NCBI GenBank assembly: GCA_043228905.1
Contig: JBHGNT010000002.1
Span: 5,084,001 to 5,148,000, forward strand
Reading direction: 5' to 3'
Source: Azolla caroliniana
Taxonomy: Eukaryota; Plantae; Polypodiophyta
DNA length: 64,000 nt
Shown here: positions 50,018 through 61,899 of the stretch, piece by piece
Layout of the letters: each line of letters begins with the position of its first letter
How positions within the stretch are numbered: the stretch's first letter is position 1
Translations under genes and position numbers: made by a program
Notes under the pieces: model-generated
Database searches by the model: none
Told to the model about the DNA's origin: nothing
Seen by the model: only the letters and a program-made list of their open reading frames with translations

Positions 50018-50889
50018 TTACTTGTCTGTTGGTCCTCTCAGACCCTTACCGGCCTCATTTTCCCCAGTTACCGGCTCGCCATCTCTACCGTCTTGGTGGT
50101 TGCCGTTTCCCTCACTGGTTTTGGTCCTTTGCTCAAATGGGTTCTTAGGCATCGGTCCTCTATATGGCTTCAATCGGAATCCGTTGACCCATTTACCTAG
50201 CACTTCGTCGACAAGTGTCCCTAACTGGTAGGACCCATTATACTCCCGTGTTAGCCAATACGGTCTGGTCCATCTAAACCGTAGTTTACCCGGCATCTTG
50301 CCCATCCGGGTCTGAAATACTAACATTGGTTTGCCGATTGCGAACATTTTTTCGTTTCCTTTCCTATGCCGGTCGACAAATGCTTTCCGTCGCCGTTGCT
50401 CCAATTCTAAGTGCAGGATGCTGGCTAGTCGTTGTTCCTCGAGTTCACACAACGCTGTCAACCGTATTGCCTCCGACTCCTTCTCGTTCAGCCGTTCCCG
50501 TAGCTGGATCCGTAAGCTGGGTACTTGGAATTCCACCAGCATTACCGCCTCTAGTCCGAACGCTAACCGGAACGGTGTTGTTCGGATGCTCGTTTTGTAT
50601 GTCGTCCGGTATGCCCAAAGCGCGCTATGTAGCTTGGTATCCCAATCCGTTCGGTTTTCGTTGATGATCTTCCGGAGGATATTCTGGAGCGTCTTGTTCG
50701 TTGATTCCGCTAAACCGTTTGCTTCCGGATAGTAAGGTGTGCTCCGTTTGTGGACAACGACATAGAATGTCGTCAGGCTTTCCATTACTTGGCTAAGAAA
50801 GTGCCCCCCTTGGTTGCTTATTAATTCGATTGGGCATCCGTAACAGCACCAGATGTACTCGTATAGAAATTTCGCCGTTGACGCAGCGG
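50018..50889 (-). pseudogene. Gypsy integrase C-terminal part (split by the inner element)
   Basis: STPYYPEANGLAESTNK, ALWAYRTTYKTSI, TPFRLAFG, GKLRFRWTRPY, VNGFRLKPY. No chromodomain. Confidence 0.92.
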
Positions 50890-51564
50890 TGTCGTGAAGA
50901 AAACCGTCCGCAAGCGGAATCAGTGCACAGGAGCGTAGGAACCGGCTCTTCTCGAATGTTGTCCATGGAAGATCCTAGGCAGGTAGATTTAGTGGGTAGG
51001 AAGTTAAGGGGGGGGAAACGGCTCCTTCCCCGCCTATAAAAGGAGGGAGACGCGAAAGAGGAGGGGATCGCGGAGAGTCGACGACGAAGTGCTGTCGGTT
51101 TGCGCGCGAAGGCTTCTCTCTCTCTCTCTGGTTTGCAAACGCCATAGCTTCCTTCTGTGCAGGTTTCGGGAGGCTCGCGCTGCTCTGAGGAATGCCCGAG
51201 TGCTTCCGGCAGCACCTCCAACCTTCTCCTTCCTCTCTGTGCATTTACGAGCAGGTATCGGCATCTGTTCGTCGGCCTGTTCGGTTGTAACCGACTTCGT
51301 GTTTTGTTGTCTTCGTGTTCTTGTTGTTTGTCTTTGTTAATACATACATACATTCGTGCCTCTCTGTGTCGCTGACCCACTCGCGTCTTTGTGTCGAAGG
51401 GCCGTGTCCCTGTGAATCTACTCTCACACGTAGTGGGTCTCTTTTCTTTCTCTCTTGCTCTTCGGTACAGGACCCCCGAGGTCCCGCCTCATTCCACGCA
51501 TCCGCGAGGAAAACCTCGACATCTTGGTGAACCCGACGTGAAGGAGGCGGCAGAAGAGCAGAAG

Positions 51565-53691
51565 ATGAAAGGGTCGGATCTTGCGGAGGCCATGGCTTCG
51601 GCCGTGGATCGGATATTGAGTGCACGCGAGGGCACCGGCGCCCTCGACAGAGCCATCGAGGCGGTCGTCGGTACGATCGGCCGGTTCAGCGGAAAGGATG
51701 CCACGAAGTATTTGGCGTCCTACGGGGCAGAAATGCTGATGCGGGACATTCCGGAAGAGAGGCTTCTTGCCGGGTTTCCTCGAGTGGCGATGCCGAGCAT
51801 CCATGCTCAGGTGCTCGAGGTGCGGGCGGAGAGCCGTACCTGGGAGGAGTTCGAAGGCCGACTCCTAGAAAAATACGGGCTGGACGACGCGCTCCGGCTT
51901 TCGAAACGGGACTTCATGGAATGGGTGGAGTTCCCCGGCAAGGGAAGAAACGCGACGACACTCCTCCGGGAGTTCGAAGAACGCTTTGCGCGCCTTTCGG
52001 CGCTTGACCGAACCGTCCTGGATACGAGCCGGGTCCTACTGTTCGTCAAGTCGGTGGACGAGCGGGACCGGGACCAAGTCGGCTCTTTGCTGGAAACCGA
52101 GGACGGGCTGACAACCGACTGGGCTGCGGTTAAGAGAGTCTGTGGCCGTTTCGATAAACGGCGAGAATGGGCTGACAACGGGGCGGCCGGTGCAGGCTCT
52201 GTCACAGCAAGGAGGCTTGAACCGGCACCGCAAGTGCGAAGGGAAGAAACCCGCGAATGGCTCGAAACCGGTCCGGCTTCGACCAGCATGGTCAATGGCT
52301 CGTCCGGAGGAGCAGCGTTGGAGGAGTTGACGCGGGCGATAAAGGATCTCCAGATCGCCCAGACTCGAAGGGAAGGCAGCGAACCGGCTCGTGATCGACG
52401 ACCGGCAGCAGGGAACAGGTGCATGTGGTGCGACGAGGTCGGCCACATCCGGAAGGACTGCGGCGATTTCGCAGAAGCGTTGAGGAACCGGGTGGTGTAC
52501 CTGTGGGAAGGCCGGGTGCACGCCGGCAACGCCAGGAGGGCCCTGAACCGAAACGACGGACGAGGAGGTATGAAGAGACTGATGGAAGAGGCAGCGGCCC
52601 GACACGTGGAGGCCATCCACTACTCGGCGTCGGCCGGCATTCGGGTCGGGGGCAGTGAGGCCCGAAAGGAGGGCAAAGACGGATTCTGGGCGGCAATGCT
52701 GGAAGGTCTTGCTGGCGCACGGTTGAGGAAAGATGAAACGGACCGCGCTGAGAGACGGGTCCGGGAAATAACCAGGTGGAGCGATCCGGTCGAGGAGAAG
52801 ACGGGCTTCGTAGAAGCCGCCTGCCGGAACTACGAGGCTCTGGTAGAAGACAAACGAGTGGGGAAAGCCGAAGCGGCCGGGCCCTCACAACGGTACGAGA
52901 CCCGATTCGGGCAACGACGGAACGATGCCGGTGGGCCCGGCCCGCAAGATAACCCCAGGAAGGGCGGGTACCGACTAGGGACAGAAATAGAAAGGACTAC
53001 GGACCTACAAAAGGTCCTAGAAGAATGGATCCTTGACAGCAAAATGGAGCTGTCATTGCGGGAGGTGCTAGGGATCGCCAAGAAGGAGTTCCACGACTCC
53101 ATTGTAGACTTGGTGAAACGGAAGAGACTGTCGACGGAGACGGAACCGGAAAGACCGGTGGAGGTGCGGACGACGCACATCGACGACTCGGCGTTGGAAG
53201 ATGAGTGGGCGGAGAGCCACTATTCGAGGCCACACTGGGCCCGAGCGACCACGGAGACCCCGGTAAAGATCGGAGATGTTCAGGAACCGGTGGTGGCGTT
53301 GGTGGACCACGGTTCGGAAATAAACCTAATGTCCATGGACTTCTATAAGAAGGGAAAGTGGCCGATCAACACCAGGCACGGGTGGAAGATACGGGCGGCG
53401 ACGCGCGCCACCGAGGAACTGCACGGGGCCTGCCCGAATGTGCGAGTAAAGATCGGCGACGTCAAGATTGACCAGCACTTCTTCATACAGGAGACGTCCT
53501 CGCATCCGGTCATATTAGGGGAACCATACATCACGGCGGCGAGAATGGAGACCAAGGTGCTGGACAACGGTTCGGCCTACGCGAGGGTCAAAAGCCAGGA
53601 CGGGCGCCATTCGGTGCAATTTCTGACAGTGCGGCCGAACCACGAGAGAAACCGCGAATCCCTCGATGGCGAGAGCCGGGAGGATTTTTAG
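51565..53691 (+). CDS. Intact gag-protease ORF of the inner gypsy element
   Basis: Open frame with CMWCDEVGHIRKDC knuckle and ALVDHGSEINLM protease motif. Ends at GGATTTTTAG, a candidate -1 slippery site. Confidence 0.85.
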   Translation: MKGSDLAEAMASAVDRILSAREGTGALDRAIEAVVGTIGRFSGKDATKYLASYGAEMLMRDIPEERLLAGFPRVAMPSIHAQVLEVRAESRTWEEFEGRLLEKYGLDDALRLSKRDFMEWVEFPGKGRNATTLLREFEERFARLSALDRTVLDTSRVLLFVKSVDERDRDQVGSLLETEDGLTTDWAAVKRVCGRFDKRREWADNGAAGAGSVTARRLEPAPQVRREETREWLETGPASTSMVNGSSGGAALEELTRAIKDLQIAQTRREGSEPARDRRPAAGNRCMWCDEVGHIRKDCGDFAEALRNRVVYLWEGRVHAGNARRALNRNDGRGGMKRLMEEAAARHVEAIHYSASAGIRVGGSEARKEGKDGFWAAMLEGLAGARLRKDETDRAERRVREITRWSDPVEEKTGFVEAACRNYEALVEDKRVGKAEAAGPSQRYETRFGQRRNDAGGPGPQDNPRKGGYRLGTEIERTTDLQKVLEEWILDSKMELSLREVLGIAKKEFHDSIVDLVKRKRLSTETEPERPVEVRTTHIDDSALEDEWAESHYSRPHWARATTETPVKIGDVQEPVVALVDHGSEINLMSMDFYKKGKWPINTRHGWKIRAATRATEELHGACPNVRVKIGDVKIDQHFFIQETSSHPVILGEPYITAARMETKVLDNGSAYARVKSQDGRHSVQFLTVRPNHERNRESLDGESREDF

Positions 53692-54021
53692 AGAGGGCTG
53701 CCAAGGCGTGGGGCCGAGACAGCCCGAACACTCGGAAAAGACCCCACGACTGTACGATAGGTAGGAAATTTTGCTTCTCCAACAATGGAGGGTGTATGAT
53801 AGTCGGCATCGTCGGCCGAGAAAAGACAAGGGCGGAAGTGCGACTTCGAGCGTGCGGAGTTCTCGGCCCGGACGAGGAAATCAGCGGAGCCGTGGAGGCG
53901 GTCTCCTTCGACGACACCTTGGGAATGTTGAGGAAGGTAGCTGGAGAAGACCTTAACGAAGACCGGACGATACCGGTATGTTCCGAAGAGATGTACGAAG
54001 TCATCGTGAACTTCAGTTAGG

Positions 54022-55210
54022 GGCTCGGGTGGTGGCGATGAAGGAAGAACAGGAGGAGCTGCTGACGGCCTACCACGACAGCCCTTGGGCTGGACACCGT
54101 GGAACGTGGGCCACGTTCGAGAAGATAAAGGGGAAGTACTGGTGGCCGGGACTGTACCGGGACGTGCATCGGTTCGTGACAACTTGCGAGAGCTGTCAGA
54201 TGCACTCCGTGGTCCGACACCGGGACGAGCTTCACCCTACGTACCCTCCGACCATCCACTTCAAATGGATGGTAGACCTGGTGACGATGCCGATGGGAGT
54301 AGGACAGATGCGATATATGGTCCTGGCTCGGGAAGATCTGACGAACCAGGTAGAAGGTCGGGCCCTTCAGAACAAAACGACCGCGGCCGTATGTCGGTTC
54401 CTGATTGAGGACGTGATATGCCGGTACGGGTGCGTCGGGAAGATTGTGGCTGATCACGGGGAGTTGGACGCCGAAGAGGCTGAGGAGCTGTTCGACCGGC
54501 TAGGAGTCAAGCTCTCGCTTACCACTGCGTACAATCCGGAGGCGAATGGAAAGGTGGAGCGCGGACACGGACCGATCGTCAAGGCGTTAGTTCGGGCATG
54601 CGGAGGTCAAGTCGGGAACTGGCCGCGGCTGCTGCCTTACGCGTTGTGGGCGGACCGAACTAAGCATAGTTCGGTAACTAGATTCATGCCGGCAGAACTC
54701 ATGTTTGGGCAGAAGCCGGTCATGCCGATGGAACGTACGATCTCCTCGTGGGCAACCGTGGACTGGAGAAACGAGATGAGCAGGGAGGAACTGCTGGCGG
54801 CGCGTATACGACAACTCGAGCGAAGACCGGAGGACGTGGAGCAGGCTGCGGAGAAGCTTCGGGAAGCAAGGATGAGGAACAAAGCCCGGTTCGACCGAAC
54901 GCACTGACTCCGACCGAAGAAGATCGAGGAAGGCGACTGGGTGCTAGTCTACGACAGCAGCCTTGACAACCAGCACCGAGCGACACGGAAATTCGCAATA
55001 AGGTGGTTCGGGCCTTACATGGTACAAAGCGCCAATGACAACGGGACGTACCATCTGGCGGAACTCGACGGTACGCGAATGGCGATACCGGTAGCAGGGA
55101 AGCGGATCAAAGCGTTCAAGAAGCGTCACGACGACGAGCCAGATCCGGTTGACCTGGACCGCGACGACGAACGATCCGAAACCGAGGAAGAACTGACGGG
55201 CGGGGAGTGA
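54022..55210 (+). pseudogene. Integrase of the inner gypsy element (one in-frame TGA at 54905-54907)
   Basis: HDSPWAGHRG...CESCQ, WMVDLVTMP, IVADHGE, AYNPEANGKVERGH, KFAIRWFGPY. Confidence 0.9.
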
Positions 55211-55899
55211 AGGCTGGACCGGTTTTCTCCGTCCCAACTCAATTTGGCGCATGCCGGTGGATGCGCGGTTAGGTGGGGGCGGATGTCGTGAAGAAAACCG
55301 TCCGCAAGCGGAATCGGTGCACAGGAGCGTAGGAACCGGCTCTTCTCGAATGTTGTCCATGGAAGATCCTAGGCAGGTAGATTTAGTGGGTAGGAAGTTA
55401 AGGGGGGGGAAACGGCTCCTTCCCTGCCTATAAAAGGAGGGAGACGTGAAAGAGGAGGGGATCGCGGAGAGTCGAGGACGAAGTGCTGTCGGTTTGCGCG
55501 CGAAGGCTTCTCTCTCTCTCTCTGGTTTGCAAACGCCATAACTTCCTTCTGTGCAGGTTTCGGGAGGCTCGCGCTGCTCTGAGGAATGCCCGAGTGCTTT
55601 CGGCAGCACCTCCAACCTTCTCCTTCCTCTCTGTGCATTTACGAGCAGGTATCGGCATCTGTTCGCCGGCCTGTTCGGTTGTAACCAACTTCGTGTTCTT
55701 GTTGTTTGTCTTTGTTAATACATACATACATTCGTGCCTCTCTGTGTCGCTGACCCACTCGCGTCTTTGTGTCGAAGGGCCGTGTCCCTGTGAATCTACT
55801 CTCACACGTAGTGGGTCTCTTTTCTTTCTCTCTTGCTCTTTGGTACAGGACCCCCGAGGTCCCGCCTCATTCCACGCATCCGCGAGGAAAACCTCGACA

Positions 55900-58611
55900 G
55901 CGGTGTTGTCCCTTAAAGCTTTGGTCTCCACCCATTTCGTGCAGTAATCCGTCGCGACGATGACGTACCGATTACCCGTTCTCATTGTCGGTGGATTGAA
56001 CGGTCCTACAAAGTCCAACCCCCACTTCTGGAATGGCTCGAGTGGTAGTACCGGCTGGTGTGGCATACGAGCCTGCTCCGTTGGCTGGCCCATTCGCTGG
56101 CATAGGTCACATTCTTTTGCGTATCGTACCACATCTCTTAATGTCGTTGGCCACCATAGGCCACTTTGCCATATTTTCCTGGCCATCGCATCTCCGGCAT
56201 AGTGACCTTCGGCAATTCCGCAGTGGGCTTCCCTTAGTATCAGTTCCTTTTCATCGCTGCGCACCGCCCGTCTCCATATGCCGTCCGCGCCCTTGTGGTA
56301 CAGTGTCTTGCAGTAAGCAAAAATGTCGGCTTTGCACCGCCAGGCGTTTCCGTTCGTCCCGGTTCATCTCTTCCAGAGGCAGTCCTATGCTCAAAAACTG
56401 GTGCATATTTGTGAGCCACTTGTCTTCCTGGGCCACCGTCTCATCTGCTGCCGTCTCCGTAGTGACTCGAAACAGCTCCACATCCGGAAACTCATCCGCT
56501 ACTCCGTCACCCGTCTCTCCAGACTCTAATCGGCTTAAGTAATCCGCCACGACATGGTGTATACCGGGTCGGTGGAATATTTCAAACTCGAATTCTTGTA
56601 ACAGTAAGGTCCACCGGGCCAATTTGCCGGTGAGTGATGCTTTGGACACCAGGTAAAGGAGTGCCGAATGATCTACATGGAAGGAAAACTTCCTTCCCAA
56701 TAAATAATGCCGAAACTTTGTCACACTGTAGATCATCCCTAGAGCTTCCCGTTCCGTGGTAGAGTAGTTTCGTTCTGCTTGGGATAGCTTTCGGCTGGCA
56801 TAGTACACTAACCGGTACCACTTTGGCTCCGTAAGCTGCATCAGTACGCTTCCGATTGCGATGTCGGAAGCGTCCACGAAAACGTGAAATTCTTTACTCC
56901 AATCCGGAGGCTGCACTACCGGTGCTTGCGAAAATAGTACCTTGAGGGCCCTATACGCCCTATCCTCGGTGTCGATCCACTGGAATGGTGTCCGATGTAC
57001 GGCGGCATGCAACGGTGTAGCCAGGTCGGCCAAGTATCGGAGCATCCGGCTGTGCCACCGGATCTGGTCTAAGAACCGGCTTAATGCCTTTGCCGTTGCC
57101 GGCGTCGGTGCTTCTAATATGGCTTTCACTTTGTCCGGGTCGACTGCAATACCTTCCTGGCTCACAATATGTCCTAATAGAGTTCCACTGGATACGCCAA
57201 ATACACACTTTGCTGGATTCAAGCTTAGCCGGTACGTTCTACACTTTTCTAGACAAAGACGGAGGTGCTGAAAATGGTCCTCCTCCCGGCTATAGACGGC
57301 GAAATCGTTAAGGAAAACCTGCATAAAAGCCGGAATATATTCACCAAAAATTTCCATGATGATTCGTTGAAATGTTGCCGGTGCCGTTTTGAGTCTGAAC
57401 ATCATCACCACGGCCACAAACACCCCCCATTCGGTGACGAAAGCTGTTTTCTCTTGGTCGTCGGGGTGCATCCGGATCTGATTATACCCGTTGAATCCGT
57501 CTAGGAAGCTATAGACCTCATGGACGGCGACGGCATCCAACACTCCATCTGTGAACGGAAGTGGAAACGCATCCGTTACCGTAGCTGCATTGAGTTTCCG
57601 GTAGTCCACACAAACTCGAATTTTTCCGTTCTTCTTCGGTACGACTACGATTGGGCTCAGCCATGTCGCTTTCTTTACCGGACGGATAAAGCCAACTCTT
57701 AGCAGTTTGTCGATTTCCTCCTTGACTTTGGCGGCATAATTAGGATTCATTCGGTATCGTCTTTGTGCCACTGGTTTTGCGTCCTTGCTCAAGTGGACCT
57801 GATGCTGGTATAACTGAGGGTCGAGTCCTCGCATGTCTTCGTATGACCAGGCGAACACATCGCGAAATTCCGTGAGAAGTGTGATCATCGTCGTTTTGTC
57901 TTCAGACTTCATCTCCTTGGCGATGTGCACTGGTTTTGCTTCGTCTGTGGTTCCTAGGTTCACCTCTTCCAGTTGCGACGCTTTTACGCGTTGTGAAACG
58001 ACCATTTCCCGTTCCAACGCTTCCTGCGCTTGTCGTAACTCCCGGATTGCGTCTTTATCCGGTTCTGCTTCAACCTCTTCCAGTTGCGGTAAGTATGGTG
58101 CTACTGCTTCGGCAATGTCAATCTCGAAGAGGGGTATGATCTTCGGGTTTTCCTGCAAGTACTGAGCTTCTTCTTCGTCAGCTAACCCTTCTAGCATGTT
58201 GACGCATTCCGCATACAATGGTGTACATTCCTTGCCAGTGCTCGTCCTTGGCTGTGTTGGTACTCGTACCTTGGCTTTTCCTCGCCGGAAGGTAATTATA
58301 TTTTTCCTCCAGTTCTGTTTGATATGTGCCGTTTTCAACCATGGCCGCCCCAGCAATAGCGGGTATGCGCCTTGTGCCTGTAATTGTAGCACTACTACCG
58401 AGATGTGAAATATATGCCCGCCAACGGTGACTTCTAATTTCCGTATTAATCCTGTCGGCCGCATTGACCTTGTATTGGCCATCCGCAACCAGAACGGACA
58501 CGACTCCCACTCGTGGATTCCTAGGGCATCACACGTCCAGAGGCTTATTACATTCACCCCAGAGCCTCCGTCTATAACTGTGCCGGGGAGTTCTTTCCCT
58601 TTTACAATGGT
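55900..58611 (-). pseudogene. Gypsy protease-RT-RNase H and integrase N-terminal part
   Basis: VIDGGSGVNVI, WLSPIVVVPKKNGKIRVCVDYRKLN, FLDGFNGYNQI, FHVFVDASDIAIG, NYSTTEREAL, HHCC zinc finger and WGLDFVGP. No additional archaeal-type RNase H seen between RH and INT. Confidence 0.93.
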
Positions 58612-59218
58612 CAGCTACTCGGCGGCATGCGGCACCGGTATCCGGCGTCGGCATCGGCATCGGCGTCGGTATCCGGCGGCGGCGGCGGCATCCGGCGACG
58701 GTATCCGGCGAACCAGCGACTAGATAAAATAAATATATAAAAATATATACATATATAAGGAGGGCAAGTATGGATTCCAACCTTGCACCTCCAAGTTAGG
58801 AGTCAAATGGCTTACCATTAAGCCATAGTATTTAGTTGAAATTATATTTCTATCATTGTACTTTTACATGTAAATTCTCATCCATGAGTGCTAAAATGAG
58901 TGACATGGTTAGCATGCACCACATGTAATACTTAAGCGCCAAATGGCAAACATGCAATTTATGCATGTCTTGTACCCTCACATGCATCATGTGCATGAGA
59001 GCATCTATAAAAGAGGGAAGGGGGAGGAGAAAAACATGGTTTTTTTTTATGAAAATTAAGAAGAAGAAATTCGTTATCAAATCAATCGTGTAATCTCATC
59101 TTCTCTCTTTCCCAATCTTTCTTAAGTACTTTCTCGCCAAACGACTCTAAATCCTTCTGGTCCAGAACCCCGGCGGTTCCGCCTCACGATCCGCGCGTAG
59201 TGACGGATCTTCACGACA
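58612..59218. mobile_element. Composite ~600-bp insertion in the gypsy gag-pol: CGG-rich DNA-transposon-like end plus a truncated LTR start (minus strand)
   Basis: Left end has repeated CGGCGTCGG/GGTATCCGGCG motifs and the middle is AT-rich. The right end reads TGTCGTGAAGA on the minus strand, the same 11 nt as the inner element's LTR start. Host frame (DTSNP...LTIVKGKE) flanks it. Confidence 0.6.
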
Positions 59219-61406
59219 CCGGATTGCTGGTGTCCACCACTGTTGGTCCCTCCTCCGGATTCGAGAAGAGTACCGGTGCCGGTGATGGTTCTCCTGCCGT
59301 CATGGCCGTCTTCAGTCCTTCCGTGAATCTTGGCACGAGTTGTAGGAGTCTTCCTAGTGGCAACGTAATCTGGCATTCTTGCAACGCCTGCCATGTCTCG
59401 TTTTCGGAGTGACTACCGCCGGCAAGCCCTACGGTGTTCTCCTTTTGCCGCTGTAAGTCTGTGACATTCTGCTCGTTTGCTTTCTTTACCCATTCCGTTG
59501 CTTGTTTCCGGATGGTCTCTTGCGTCTCCCATTCCTTGGCCATGCCCTTCGACCTTGTGGTCACCTGCTGCAGATCTGCCACCTCAGGGACTACCATATT
59601 TACCGCCGGTCGTTTTTCATAGCTCTTCACCGAGCATTGGTTACTATAATGGCCTTCCTGTCCGCAGTAGTAGTAGTAGGCCTTCCGGGTATTGCTGGAT
59701 TCGGCATTGTCTGTTGTACCCGGGGCAGGTCCTGCGGGGTTTTGGACCGGTAGGCTGCTTGGAGCTCCTTGTTCCGGATCCCGTGGGTAGCCGCCTTTTT
59801 TAAAATGCCGTTTTTTGTTATAGCTCTTCTTATTGCGGTACTCTTGACGGGGTTGCCCGTTATATCTGTCGTATTCCTCTCGTTGCTGACGATACCCGGG
59901 GGAGTGCTCCCGGTCGTAATGTTCGTATCGTCTATTGTAATCCCGATACCGATCATGCCGGTCATAGTTATCCCGCCGATCACCGTACCGGACATCATTC
60001 TCCCGTTGATCACCATACCGGACATCCTGTGCCGGTCGGTCGTGGTCCATTCGCCGCCAGCGTTCCTCTTCTTCATCCCGGCTGCTGCGTGGCTCAATTT
60101 GCCGGACGGGCGATGCTTGCCGGTTCAATAGATTATACTCGCACCTATCCGTCGTATGGCTCTTGGATTGACAGATTACACATTGCGTCCTCATAGTGCA
60201 TTCTAGAGCTGAGTGTCCGGAATTCAAGCAGGTTGTGCACTGTATTGCTTGCCGAAACTGGAGGTCTTCATCGGACGGTAACGCCCGTTGGAGTGCTCCC
60301 ATTGTGAGCCAGGAGCTTGTCTTTTCCATCTCTCTCACCCGGTCAATGACCTGGTCGATGGTACTTGTGCGGAAGTCAATTACCGTGCAAACCATGCGTA
60401 GGGGTTCCCGGAGCGCGTTCAGGAATATAATTCGTAATTCCTCCTCCGGAGGTGCGTGGGTAAGCTGACTATGCATCCGTTGAAACCGGATGACAAATTG
60501 GGGAATGCTCTCCCCTGCCTCCTGTCGGATGGTATAAAATAAGCCTACCATTACGGTCTGGTCCACCTCTTTTTGGAAAAAATGCAAGAATTTAGCTTTT
60601 AAATCTGTAAAGTTGGTGATGGTAGACGGGTCCTGCGTCCGGCGCCATCTTGCTGCCGGTCCCTCCAATGTGACGCCAAATTCCGCTATCTTAGAGCGTT
60701 CTTCTTCATCCGGGGTCAATCGCTGGGACACATGGTTGGCTTCCCATGTCTGTTCAAAGGCGTGCACATGAGCTTCCGTGTCCGGATCATCTCTATACTT
60801 GGAGTACTGGAACGGCATGTCGTCGTCCGGTATCGGTGCGCGGGTTGGTAGTGTTGGTGCTCGTTTCGGAATTTTCTCCGGCGTCGGTGGTCTTTCCCGA
60901 TTTGTTTCCAGCGTCGGTGGTTTTTCCTCTTCTTTTGGTGACGGAGGCCTCTCCTCTTCGACTTCCGGTGTCGGAGGTCGCTCTTCCTCTGCTGGTTCCG
61001 GGGGTTCCAACATTAGCACTTCCGGTTCCGGTGTCGGTAAGGTATCCGATCCTTCGTCCTCCGGTCCGCTCGGGGTTTCGTTGCTGCTACGGTAGTTGGT
61101 GTGCACGCTGTATTCCCCTTCGGAGTCTGTTTCATATGCTGAAAAGGCTTCTGCTTCGCCTTCTCTGTTTGCCAACGTGTGGAGAAGGGATTCGGTTTCC
61201 CGGAGGCTGTTTAGGCTGCTGCCGTCGTCCGGGTGCGATGTTTGCTGTAACCAGAGGGAGTCCTCCGCTACTCTCCGGATTATGTTGGAAAACGAGCGAT
61301 CCGCTCGAATTTCTTGCGCCGCTTGCTGGAAAGCCTCGCGTCTCCTTTGCCTTTCGGCAAGGCGTCGAGTTCGATCTGTAACCAGGTCGTGCATTGATCT
61401 AGACAT
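59219..61406 (-). pseudogene. Gypsy gag (retrotransposon gag domain, CCHC knuckles), interrupted at the gag/protease junction
   Basis: AEFGVTLEGPAARW...IRQEAGESIPQFVIRF, CTTCLNSGHSALEC, CVICQSKSHTTDRC, YYYCGQEGHYSNQC. Confidence 0.9.
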
Positions 61407-61899
61407 CCATCCGTGCCGTCGTTTGCTGCAAAAACAGGAATCGTGGTCGCCAAAAACTGTGTTAACTCTTAGGGCCGGACAATGGCCTAACACAGGGTGT
61501 CTACGGAAGACACTTCACCAAAGGGTGTTACGGCAACCGGATTAGACTTAACGCTTAATCCGACTTAATTAAGTTACTTAGCATGATCGTCTTTCATAAT
61601 CACACGCGTAAGATATAACAATTAAGACAAAACGGCAATTAACATAGAGAGATAACAACGCTAAGCTTTTATTAATTAACCGCTATCCATTACATTGTAT
61701 CCGGGCCTTTAAATAGGTTTCCGGTCTGTATTACAAAACGATGCCATCCGCACCTATTCGGGATCAGTCCGGATCTGGAACGGCATACCGATTCCGGTCC
61801 GTCCGTCCACACTCATAGCTTAATTACAACCACATTCCTACTACTTAAATAACTCTCCGTTTCCCACTCTGGACTCCTTTGCCGGCCGGTAACACCTTT

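Larger units (their letters stand above)
50890..55899 (+). mobile_element. Inner Ty3/gypsy element (Ylt1/Phygy-Selgy-like), non-autonomous: gag-PR and integrase, no RT/RNase H; LTRs 50890-51521 and 55284-55899
   Basis: LTR termini TGTCG...CGACA. 4-bp TSD GCGG (50886-50889, 55900-55903). PBS TGGTGAACCCGACGTGAA (51525-51542) matches the plant tRNA-Trp 3' end as recalled. PPT AGGTGGGGGCGGA at 55271-55283. Confidence 0.93.
46258..61894 (-). mobile_element. Ty3/gypsy non-chromovirus (Athila/Tat-like) element inserted in the copia RT; 437-bp LTRs 61458-61894 (5') and 46370-46806 (3'), plus an extra inverted arm 46258-46369
   Basis: TSD CCTTT (46253-46257, 61895-61899). Direct repeats ~97% identical by eye. 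Minus-strand TATA (CTATTTAAAG) and AATAAA in the LTR. PBS TGGCGACCAC at 61452-61443. Order gag-PR-RT-RH-INT plus a downstream extra ORF. Confidence 0.95.

Noticed and set aside
47349-61545. Many overlapping antisense and alternate-frame ORFs in the gypsy elements
   Set aside because: Expected shadows of GC-rich coding sequence, with no recognisable motifs.
46258-61894. DIRS-like or DNA-transposon interpretation of the terminal inverted repeats
   Set aside because: The element encodes a DDE integrase and protease, no tyrosine recombinase or transposase is seen, and it has direct LTRs and a 5-bp TSD.
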